Part shown: positions 9,019 through 16,358 of the stretch, in pieces | Numbering within the stretch: position 1 is the stretch's first letter | Layout of the letters: each line of letters begins with the position of its first letter | Assembly: GCF_000007145.1 (NCBI RefSeq) | Contig: NC_003902.1 | Coordinates: 1,687,436-1,719,435, forward strand | Direction of reading: 5' to 3' | DNA length: 32,000 bases | Origin: Xanthomonas campestris pv. campestris str. ATCC 33913 | Lineage (GTDB): Bacteria; Pseudomonadota; Gammaproteobacteria; Xanthomonadales; Xanthomonadaceae | Made by a program: the position numbers and the translations under genes | The notes under the pieces: generated by a model | What the model was told of the DNA's origin: nothing | Database searches by the model: none | What the model saw: the letters and a program-made list of their open reading frames with translations, nothing else

Positions 9019-10536
9019 TAATTAGTCGCCCCTGAAAAACCCCCAATCACCCAACGCCCGCAAGGCCTTGATGTCTGCAGTGGCGTGCCAGAACTACCAG
9101 TTTTCGCTACGCTGAAGGCTGGTTTCTGGCAATTTCCACTCATGCATACACGCCGTCCTGCTGCCGAGCACATGCCTGCCGAGGAGTTGTTTCGTTCGCG
9201 CCTGGAGAACCAGATCGATCTGCGGCATCCGCTGGCGCAGCTGAGCCAACGGATGCCGTGGACGGCGTTGGAGCAAGCACTTTCATCGCGCTTGCCGGCC
9301 ACCCAGGCTGGTGGCGGTCGGCCGGCATTGCCGGTGCGGCTGATCGCCGGTTTGCTCTACCTCAAACACGCCTACGACCTGTCCGATGAGGCGGTGTGCG
9401 AGCGTTGGCTGGAAAATCCGTATTGGCAGTTTTTCACTGGCGAGGTCGTGTTCCAGACGCGCTTGCCGTGCGATGCCAGCTCGCTGACGCGCTGGCGTCA
9501 GCGGCTTGACGAAGCGGGGATGGAAGAGTTGCTGGCACACACCATCAACGCTGCACATGCCATGCAGGCGGTGGACGCACGCGAGTTGTCGCGGGTGATC
9601 GTGGACACCACGGTGCAGGAAAAGGCGATTGCCTATCCGACCGATAGTCGGTTGCTGGAGGTGGCACGCAAGAAACTGGTGCTGCTGGCCAAGCGTTACG
9701 GCATCGGGTTGCGGCAGAGCTACGCACGGCAAGGTCCGGCCCTGAGCCGCAAGGCGGGCCGCTATGCGCATGCACGCCAGTTCAAGCGCATGCAGCGCGT
9801 GCTGCGACGTCAACGCACGGTCTTGGGGCGGGTGTTGCGCGATATCGCGCGCAAGCTGGACCAGGTGGAACCCGGCGTGCGCGAGCGCATCGCGGTCTGG
9901 CTGGAACGTGCGCAACGGCTGTACACGCAGCGTCCGAAGGACAAACAAAAACTGTACGCATTGCATGCCCCGGAAGTGGAATGCATCGGTAAGGGCAAGG
10001 CGCGTCAAGCGTACGAATTCGGCGTCAAGGTCGGCATTGCGGTCACCGCCTGCAAGGGATTGGTCGTGGGTGCGCGTAGCTTCCCGGGCAACCCGTACGA
10101 CGGCGACACCTTGGCCGAGCAGCTGGAGCAGACACGCGGGTTGCTGCAGGATCTGAGCGTAGAACCGACGGTGGCGATCGTGGACCTGGGCTATCGCGGG
10201 CGCGAGGTCGATGGCGTGCAGGTGCTCCATCGTGGCAAGGCCAAGACGCTGACGCGACGGCAATGGCGCTGGATCAAACGACGGCAGGCGGTGGAACCGG
10301 TGATCGGACATCTGAAAGACGACTGCAGGTTGCGTCGCTGCAGGCTGAAAGGTGCACAAGGCGATGCGCTGCACGTACTCGGCTGCGCCGCCGGCTACAA
10401 CCTGCGCTGGCTGCTGCGCTGGATCGCGTTTTTGCGTGCCTGGATGCGGGCGATGGGATGGCCATCCTTTAGCGCCGTGCCGCTGTCGCCGATGACACTT
10501 GGTGCTTGAAGGGGGTTTTTCAGGGGCGACTAATTA
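9019..10536 (+). mobile_element. IS5-family insertion sequence, apparently intact
   Basis: Perfect terminal inverted repeats: ATTAGTCGCCCCTGAAAAACCCCC at 9021-9044, with its reverse complement at 10511-10534. The palindrome TAATTA at both ends (9019-9024, 10531-10536) could be an IR extension or a target duplication. Confidence 0.8.
9085..10509 (+). CDS. IS5-family DDE transposase
   Basis: 474-aa ORF filling the IR-bounded element. The real start may be the internal Met of MPAEELFRSRLENQIDLRHPL. Confidence 0.85.
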   Translation: MPELPVFATLKAGFWQFPLMHTRRPAAEHMPAEELFRSRLENQIDLRHPLAQLSQRMPWTALEQALSSRLPATQAGGGRPALPVRLIAGLLYLKHAYDLSDEAVCERWLENPYWQFFTGEVVFQTRLPCDASSLTRWRQRLDEAGMEELLAHTINAAHAMQAVDARELSRVIVDTTVQEKAIAYPTDSRLLEVARKKLVLLAKRYGIGLRQSYARQGPALSRKAGRYAHARQFKRMQRVLRRQRTVLGRVLRDIARKLDQVEPGVRERIAVWLERAQRLYTQRPKDKQKLYALHAPEVECIGKGKARQAYEFGVKVGIAVTACKGLVVGARSFPGNPYDGDTLAEQLEQTRGLLQDLSVEPTVAIVDLGYRGREVDGVQVLHRGKAKTLTRRQWRWIKRRQAVEPVIGHLKDDCRLRRCRLKGAQGDALHVLGCAAGYNLRWLLRWIAFLRAWMRAMGWPSFSAVPLSPMTLGA

Positions 10537-10599
10537 TTACAGCGCCTTAGACGAATCGGGAAAGAGACATTGACCTGCCCCCACCGGCCATACCAGTGA

Positions 10600-11475
10600 T
10601 TACTGATAAAGCCCGGGGTTGAAGGGTACTGCGTTGTTGCCGGTTTGTGCTCGGTGGTTGGAGGCAAACTGCGCTGGCGGGATGCGACCACAGCTGCTGT
10701 GCGGACGTACCTCGTTGAAGTCACGCCGCCAATCGGCGATGACCTCGCGAGCCTGGATCAGCGACGTGAACCAGTGTTCGTTGAGACATTCGTCGCGGAA
10801 CTTGCCGTTGAAGCTCTCGATGTAGCCGTTCTGCATGGGTTTGCCGGGTTCGATCAGGATGTGTTCGATGCCACGCTGCTGTGCCCAAGTGATGAAGGCG
10901 CGGCTGGTGAACTCCGGGCCGTTGTCCGTGCGCACCGCGCGGGGATAGCCGCGGAAGCAGGCGATCTGCTCCAGCACACGCACCACGTAAGCCCCGCTGA
11001 TACCATGGTCCACCGCGATGTCCACGCATTCATGGGTGAAGTCGTCGGCGACGGTCAGGCATTTGATGCGGCGGCCACTGGCCAACTGATCAAAGACGAA
11101 GTCCATGCTGATTACCTCGTTGGGATGCCGCGCTGGCCGTAACGGCTGCCGCTGTGCCGCCGGGAACTTGGCCTTCTTGCGCCGGCGCACGCTCAGCTTC
11201 GCCTCGCGGTACAGACGGTAGATCTTCTTATGGTTCACCTGCGGAAACTCCGGGCGCAGCAGGTCGTGCAGGCGGCGATAGCCGAAGCGGCGACGCGCCT
11301 GCGCCAGTTCCACCAGTCTGGCCGACAGGGTTTGCGTCGCCGGCGTGGGTGTCGGCGCGTGGCGGAAAGCATCGCGGGAGATCCCCGCAAGGCGACAAGC
11401 CCGGCGCTCGCTGATCGACGTCAGCTCGCACATGCGCCGGATTGCCTCGCGCTTGCGTTGCGGGGCTAGCGTTTT
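10600..11475 (-). CDS. IS3-family transposase OrfB (DDE integrase core), expressed as OrfAB by -1 frameshift
   Basis: rve-type core (ISMDFVFD ... [11 protein letters not shown] ... [14 protein letters not shown]). The -1 frame overlaps the orfA end at GGGGTAAAAC, with an A-AAA slippery site at 11472-11475. Confidence 0.85.
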   Translation of the reverse strand, partial: KTLAPQRKREAIRRMCELTSISERRACRLAGISRDAFRHAPTPTPATQTLSARLVELAQARRRFGYRRLHDLLRPEFPQVNHKKIYRLYREAKLSVRRRKKAKFPAAQRQPLRPARHPNEVISMDFVFDQLASGRRIKCLTVADDFTHECVDIAVDHGISGAYVVRVLEQIACFRGYPRAVRTDNGPEFTSRAFITWAQQRGIEHILIEPGKPMQNGYIESFNGKFRDECLNEHWFTSLIQAREVIADWRRDFNEVRPHSSCGRIPPAQFASNHRAQTGNNAVPFNPGLYQ

Positions 11476-11732
11476 ACCCCGAACCCGACCTTCAGCGCCT
11501 CGATGTCCAGGTGCGCCTCGGCCAGCAACCGCTTGAGGCGGTTGTTCTCCTGCTCCAGCTCCTTCAGGCGCTTCGCGTCTTCGGCCTCCATGCCGCCGTA
11601 CTTGGCCCGCCACTGGTAGAAGCTGGCCGGGCTGAAACCGTGCTGGCGGCACAGCTCAGCCACCGCCATCCCGGCATCCGCCTGCTTGATGAATCCGATG
11701 ATCTGCTCGGTGGTGAAACGACTCTTCTTCAT
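11466..11732 (-). CDS. IS3-family transposase OrfA (HTH)
   Basis: [47 protein letters not shown] is a typical IS3 OrfA, with a leucine-zipper-like end. Confidence 0.85.
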   Translation of the reverse strand: MKKSRFTTEQIIGFIKQADAGMAVAELCRQHGFSPASFYQWRAKYGGMEAEDAKRLKELEQENNRLKRLLAEAHLDIEALKVGFGVKR

Positions 11733-11795
11733 GTCCGTCCTCGTGGTTGACGGACTTTACAGCTTCACGTGGTACGGCTCAGCGGGGGCAGGTCA

Positions 11796-12064
11796 TCCCA
11801 GGCCAGTTGACCGTTCCGGAATATTATTGCTTCGAAATCATGAAGGCGCTCGACATCGAGGCCGATGATCAGATGAACTTTGTTCAATTTTTTATCGATT
11901 GGTCTAAGCGTTATGCGGTTAATCTCGAAAGATATGTCCCGGGAGAGGTTCTCAGCTCTGGAAGTCTAGATAACTCAATTGGCGTCAAATGGAAGGTCAC
12001 GTCAGCGGATGCTTCTTGTTCGAGATGGTGGACCAACTTCCAGCAGAATCAGTGCAGTCTATAA
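11796..12064 (+). other. Orphan open frame right of the IS3 element (possible remnant of the disrupted gene)
   Basis: Frame reading PGQLTVPEYYCFEIMKALDIEADDQMNFVQFFIDWSKRY begins exactly at the IS3 boundary. It has no start of its own outside the IS. Confidence 0.2.
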
Positions 12065-12075
12065 TGGATGGAACT

Positions 12076-12794
12076 ATGAAAGCCAAAGTAATCTTGTCCA
12101 TGGCGCTGCTTTCCTGCGCGCTTGCTGCCTGTGGAAAAGCCGACAAGCCAGCGGAAAACAGCGACTCACCAGCTTCCCAGACTGGGACTTCTTCGCCTGC
12201 AAAAGCTGATCACAGCGCAGCTGTGAATGGAGCGCAGCAGACGGCGAAGCTGCAACAGCCTAGCGGCGTGCAAGATGCCAAGCAGTATTTGTGTCAGGGC
12301 GGCGGAAGTGCTTGCAAGGCAAGTGGCCCTTTGGTTGCTAACTCAGATGCCGAGGCAAAGTGGCTTTTGTCTAATGGCTATCCGACTGAGGCCGAACTTG
12401 CACGATTGGACAAACTGACGTTGGATCAGTTGAAGGCAGAATCGCAGGCGGGCAATAAGGCCGCAACTGTCATTTATGGAAAGAAGACGGCAACGAGTGG
12501 CCACTTCCAGGAGGGGCTTGGCATTTTAAGGAATGCGGCATCTGCTGGAAACTTATACTCGTATTATGGATTGTCGGATATCTATGCCAGCGAGACTAAG
12601 GATAAAAATCTGATCTGATCGATAGTGCCGCATATCTGCGTTTGGCGTATCTGTTGGGAGACGGCAAAGCATCTACTGACATTGCTCTTCGAGGGTTGAG
12701 TAGCGTTGAGAGCGTTGCTGCCGATGAGCGTGCAGCTTCGCTTTACAAAACATTCTCTAAATATCAGCGTTCGTCTCCGAGACCTGTTGAGTAG
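12076..12794 (+). pseudogene. Sel1-repeat-like lipoprotein gene, frameshifted by a 5-bp tandem duplication
   Basis: Signal peptide plus lipobox MKAKVILSMALLSCALAAC. The frame stops at 12618 just after TGATC-TGATC (12611-12620). Removing one copy gives ...KNLIDSAAYLRLAYLLGDGKAS... continuing to the stop at 12792-12794. Confidence 0.6.
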
Positions 12795-12810
12795 AATTTA
12801 GCGGAAATAT

Positions 12811-12845
12811 AAAAATGAGGAGGCAAAGCCCTCCTCATTTTTTTG
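12811..12845. terminator. Bidirectional rho-independent terminator between convergent genes
   Basis: AAAAATGAGGAGG-caaagc-CCTCCTCATTTTTTT: perfect 9-bp stem flanked by an A-run and a T-run. Confidence 0.7.
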
Positions 12846-12864
12846 GGAAGTGTGAATCGCGTTG

Positions 12865-14155
12865 CTACTCACTTGTGCTGAGCTGACGCTCGTCAAGAAT
12901 GGCTTTGAGCATGTTGGCTGAGAGCAGCTCTCTGAACAATGTATAGAATTGCCAGGCACACCACAGTGCGAAGACAAAACCCAATAGTGATGCAGCTCTC
13001 TGCTTAGGCACCTCTTTTGCCAAATGCGATTTTAGAGCGGGATCCTGCCAAACTTGGCAGAGAATTTTAAGGTCTCGTGGGTCGAATGTAGGTGGGATGA
13101 CTTGTTTGTTGGCGGTGTTGCACTGTTCAACTGTCAAAGTGTCGCTTCTAACGGAGAAAAGCGTTTGGGTTCTTGCCTCAGTTTCAGAGGCAAAGATACT
13201 AGTGTGTGTTTCTTTCAAAGTCACTAACAAACTGTCGTTGGCGGCGATTGCACCAAGTATTGCGGCGAGAACAATAAGCACTGCAACAGCGATGAAGGGT
13301 AAAATCAGCCACCACTTAGAATGAACCCGCTTCGGGTGGATAACATGATTTTTGAGGTCAAAAGCCCATCCTGCATGTCCAATGAGTTTGAGCGGAATAT
13401 TGTGTAAGTCCGAAAATCCAATAAGCGCTTTTGCATCTTTTAGCGTTTGGACGCCGATCTGGTGTGCCATTCGAAACGCAGCCAAAGCAGAATGGTCTGC
13501 CAAATTCTTGCGAATGACTGTGTCTTCAATATCGTCTTTGCTGAGCCAGTCCTGCAAACTCTGCCTTTTTGCTCGCGTTGCTAGGATAGTGCTCGATGGC
13601 TTCCAAGAAGCTCCGCACATCATCGGCTTTATAATTTTCCACAGGCTTGTCACCGACCAACGCAACGAACAAGCCCAAGCTGTATTCGGTGTCGAAGATG
13701 TTGGTCGCACTTCGACCGACTCGTTTCATCTCGCGAATATGGATGGCTGCGCGTTCAGAAAATAACGGCCCAGCTTTCTTCGCCACTTCGGTGGAAGAGG
13801 GCAGCGGCAGATTTTTCAGCGCTTCGAGCAGCCGAGCATGATCCTCAGGTCCGTTGACAGAGAGCTCCACGCCACCCACCTTGATGGTGTAGGGCCGAGC
13901 TTCGTTTCCTTGCAATGCGGCCAAAGCCTGGCTCAGCAAATCGTCCTTCATGCTGCTTGCCCCCCGCCGCATCCGATCGAATGCTTCCGAGAGTGCCACA
14001 GCAGTTCGTGCTACGGCCAGACGGGCAGCATCACCAAGGGTCAAGCGAACTGGACGGACAAGGTAGCGCGAGCCAATGAGGGCTTGCAGGTCGGTCGGGA
14101 CGAAGAAGCGCACATAGAGCCCAGCAGGGCGGCGCAGAAAATAAGGCTTCGGCAC
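12865..14155 (-). pseudogene. Decayed tyrosine-integrase gene of the Zorya island. N-terminal and SAM-like parts only, frameshifted, with the C-terminus replaced by an unrelated two-TM segment.
   Basis: 13526-14155 encodes PKPYFLRRPAGLYVRFFVPTDLQ... (integrase N-terminal type). The frame switches near 13540-13550 into ORF 12865-13710. No R..HxxR..Y catalytic domain follows. Instead there are hydrophobic stretches WWLILPFIAVAVLIVLAAILGAIA and LLGFVFALWCAW. Confidence 0.6.
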
Positions 14156-14158
14156 GGG

Positions 14159-14208
14159 GTTTGATACCTCGTTTGATACCTAACGCAGGCTCAAACTGAA
14201 CATCAAAC
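14159..14208. promoter_or_regulatory. Cluster of four GTTTGA(T) motifs between the old att site and the decayed integrase (candidate arm-type or operator sites)
   Basis: GTTTGATACC at 14159 and 14171 (direct, 12-bp period). Inverted copies TCAAAC at 14191 and 14203 (12-bp period). Confidence 0.3.
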
Positions 14209-14261
14209 CCCGGGCCTAGCCTTCGCGAAATCAAGCACTTACTGCTCTTTTTCGCGATCAG

Positions 14262-14295
14262 ATGGTGGAGGTGGGCGGAATCGAACCGCCGTCCG
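14262..14295 (-). repeat. att repeat: 34-bp duplicate of the ssrA 3' end (T-arm and acceptor 3' strand, CCA)
   Basis: ATGGTGGAGGTGGGCGGAATCGAACCGCCGTCCG is identical to 23465-23498. Confidence 0.85.
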
Positions 14296-14395
14296 AAGGC
14301 GCTAAATAGCGTTCGCTATCGTCCGTCGCTGTACTTTAAGCCACTGATTCTAAAGAAATACTATTCGCTGCCGTCCACTGGTGTTCGTCACGGTG

Positions 14396-14415
14396 TATCC
14401 GTACCATATCCGTAC
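14396..14415 (+). promoter_or_regulatory. Two direct TATCCGTAC repeats (candidate arm-type integrase binding sites, attR side)
   Basis: TATCCGTAC at 14396 and 14407 (11-bp period), about 100 bp inside the att core. The same motif recurs at the opposite end of the element (23388, 23401). Confidence 0.35.
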
Positions 14416-14439
14416 GGACCAGGTGAGCGATTAAAGCTG

Positions 14440-15588
14440 ATGGCTAGATACGATATCGACAAGGCAACAGTTCGCGCGCGCCTTGATCCACGGCGTGAAC
14501 CCTATTGGGGGGCGCCAGTGGAGCGCGGCCTATATGTTGGGTTTCGTCGCCTTGCTCAAGGTGGCAGCTGGGTGGCCCGCTACCACAAGGAAGACCGAAC
14601 CCACGCCTATAAATCGCTGGGGCCAGTCACTGCGGAGAACGACCACGAGAATGCAAAGCGTGAGGCTAGGATATGGCGCAAAACAATTGACGCCGGTGTT
14701 CAGGCAGATCGCCTTCTGACGGTCGCCGACGTGTGCCGTGATTACACCGCAGCCATAGAGGCCGAGGGCCGAACGCGCGCAGCAATCGACGCACGTAAGA
14801 GGTTTGACAGAATTGTCTATGTCGATCCAATTGGAAAACTGCGCGCCGACAAGCTGACGCAGCGGCACTTAGAAGCCTGGATGACGCGAATGGAGGCGGG
14901 CGAAATGACTGGGCGCAAAAAGGCGCTGCCATCGCGCGCGACGTTCAATCGAAACCTCACTGCACTGAAGGCGGCTCTAAATCGATCCGTGGCGCGCAGA
15001 GAGATTCCGCAAGAGCGCGTAATAGAGTGGCAGTCGATAAAACCACATAAGGGGGCTAGTGGTAGGCGAGATACGTATCTCGACAAGGCGCAGCGGCGTG
15101 CGCTGCTGGATGCCATGGGGACAGACCTTCGTGCTCTAGCCGAGTGTGTCGCACTGACCGGCTGCCGCCCTGGTGATCCTGTTGCCATGAGGCGCAAGGA
15201 TTGGGATTCGAAAAACGGACTCGCCACGTTCGCCACAAAAACGGGTGCAAGGACGGTGCCCGTTTCACCGGCTGCGCGAGCGCTATTCGATAGATTAGCG
15301 ACGGACAAGCAAGGGGATGCCTGGATGTTCACAAATGAAGGTGAGCATTGGACACCGCAGGCGTGGGCGCCAAAGGTAAAAGCGGCGGCGGCGGCGGCAG
15401 GTCTCCCGACTGGCGTTGTCTTATATGTGCTTAGACACGCCTGGATAACGGACGCGATCATTGGAGGTCTGGACGCTGTAACCGTCGCGCGCCTAACAGG
15501 AACTTCACTCGAAATGATTTCGCAGCACTATGGGCACCTGGCGCAACACGCTGCGAGGGAAATGCTTGGGAAGATCGATTTTTTATAA
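14440..15588 (+). CDS. int: Tyrosine recombinase / phage-type integrase (intact)
   Basis: 382 aa. Catalytic signatures LTGCRPGD (Arg), LRHAWITDAI (HxxR) and SQHYGHL (Tyr). Adjacent to the att repeat. Confidence 0.9.
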   Translation: MARYDIDKATVRARLDPRREPYWGAPVERGLYVGFRRLAQGGSWVARYHKEDRTHAYKSLGPVTAENDHENAKREARIWRKTIDAGVQADRLLTVADVCRDYTAAIEAEGRTRAAIDARKRFDRIVYVDPIGKLRADKLTQRHLEAWMTRMEAGEMTGRKKALPSRATFNRNLTALKAALNRSVARREIPQERVIEWQSIKPHKGASGRRDTYLDKAQRRALLDAMGTDLRALAECVALTGCRPGDPVAMRRKDWDSKNGLATFATKTGARTVPVSPAARALFDRLATDKQGDAWMFTNEGEHWTPQAWAPKVKAAAAAAGLPTGVVLYVLRHAWITDAIIGGLDAVTVARLTGTSLEMISQHYGHLAQHAAREMLGKIDFL

Positions 15589-15789
15589 AATTCGTTGCCG
15601 GCAATAGAACGAAGTGGATTTATAAGCGGGATGATCGGGATTTCGACATCACGGAAAGTAAGGATTTATCCCAAACGTGAACACTTCAACACTTCTCGCG
15701 AGTAATTCTTTGGTGTTCAATACGCTTGTCCGCACGGTTGCGGACGGGTGGAGCCATAAGCGGCCCACCATAGACAAACCAGGTGGGAA

Positions 15790-15978
15790 ATGTCCGAAAA
15801 AATCTGTTTGAATGTCCGCGAAGCTTGCGCCGCGTTAAGTATCGGCAGAAGCACTTTTTATCAGTTGGCGGGTTCCGGTCGCCTGAGTCTAATTAAGCTC
15901 GGGAAGAAGACCCTTGTTGCTCGCACGGAGCTTGATCGATTCGTGGCGGCGTGCGCTCAGGAGAGCCGCGCCCAGTGA
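15790..15978 (+). CDS. Excisionase-family / MerR-type HTH DNA-binding protein
   Basis: 62 aa. LNVREACAALSIGRSTFYQLAGSGRLSLIKLGKKTLVARTELDRFV matches the excisionase-type HTH pattern. It lies downstream of int. Confidence 0.7.
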   Translation: MSEKICLNVREACAALSIGRSTFYQLAGSGRLSLIKLGKKTLVARTELDRFVAACAQESRAQ

Positions 15979-16043
15979 GCACCCAAAAAAAACGCCACGG
16001 GGCCAGCCGTGGCGCTCTGATCAAACCGAACCGCAAAGTTCAC

Positions 16044-16355
16044 ATGCAGCATGGCAACTGCAGCGCATTTTTTTCAGGCTCAGAATTTCCGCCAGAAGTT
16101 TGGCGGGCGTCAGCTGCCTATAGCCTCTCCCAAGCCTCGCGCGCGCGCGACGTACAGCAGCTTAAGTATTACTTACGACATTGGGTCATCCGGCAAGCCT
16201 TCGCCATGCGCGGCGTCCATTCCAACTGGCCGGACTACGCCTGGGCTGTATTTGATTCAGCGGTTACCGCAAGCGGCCTACGTGTGCGATTTCGGCGCAG
16301 TGACGTCCGGACGGTTTGCCATACGGCTGATCGCATCGCGCGCGGTGAAGGCTGA
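16044..16355 (+). CDS. Hypothetical protein preceding the primase gene
   Basis: Open frame 15951-16355. The ATG at 16044 avoids overlap with the upstream gene. It ends 3 bp before the primase start. Confidence 0.3.
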   Translation: MQHGNCSAFFSGSEFPPEVWRASAAYSLSQASRARDVQQLKYYLRHWVIRQAFAMRGVHSNWPDYAWAVFDSAVTASGLRVRFRRSDVRTVCHTADRIARGEG

Positions 16356-16358
16356 CCG

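Larger units (their letters stand above)
10571..11795 (-). mobile_element. IS3-family (IS407-group-like) insertion sequence, 1225 bp
   Basis: Terminal IRs: TGACCTGCCCCCACCGGCCATACCA at 10571, and the reverse complement of the 11795 end reads TGACCTGCCCCCGCTGAGCCGTACCA. Two-ORF orfA/orfB organisation. Flanks ACAT versus TCCC show no target-site duplication. Confidence 0.85.

Noticed and set aside
9283-10374. 363-aa minus-strand ORF inside the IS5 element
   Set aside because: This is an antisense shadow ORF. The plus-strand frame is the transposase and fits the IR-bounded element.
1-11795. Zorya locus as cargo of a composite transposon bounded by IS elements
   Set aside because: The flanking elements belong to three different families (IS4, IS5, IS3), so they cannot form a matched composite transposon. 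They look like independent insertions into island DNA.
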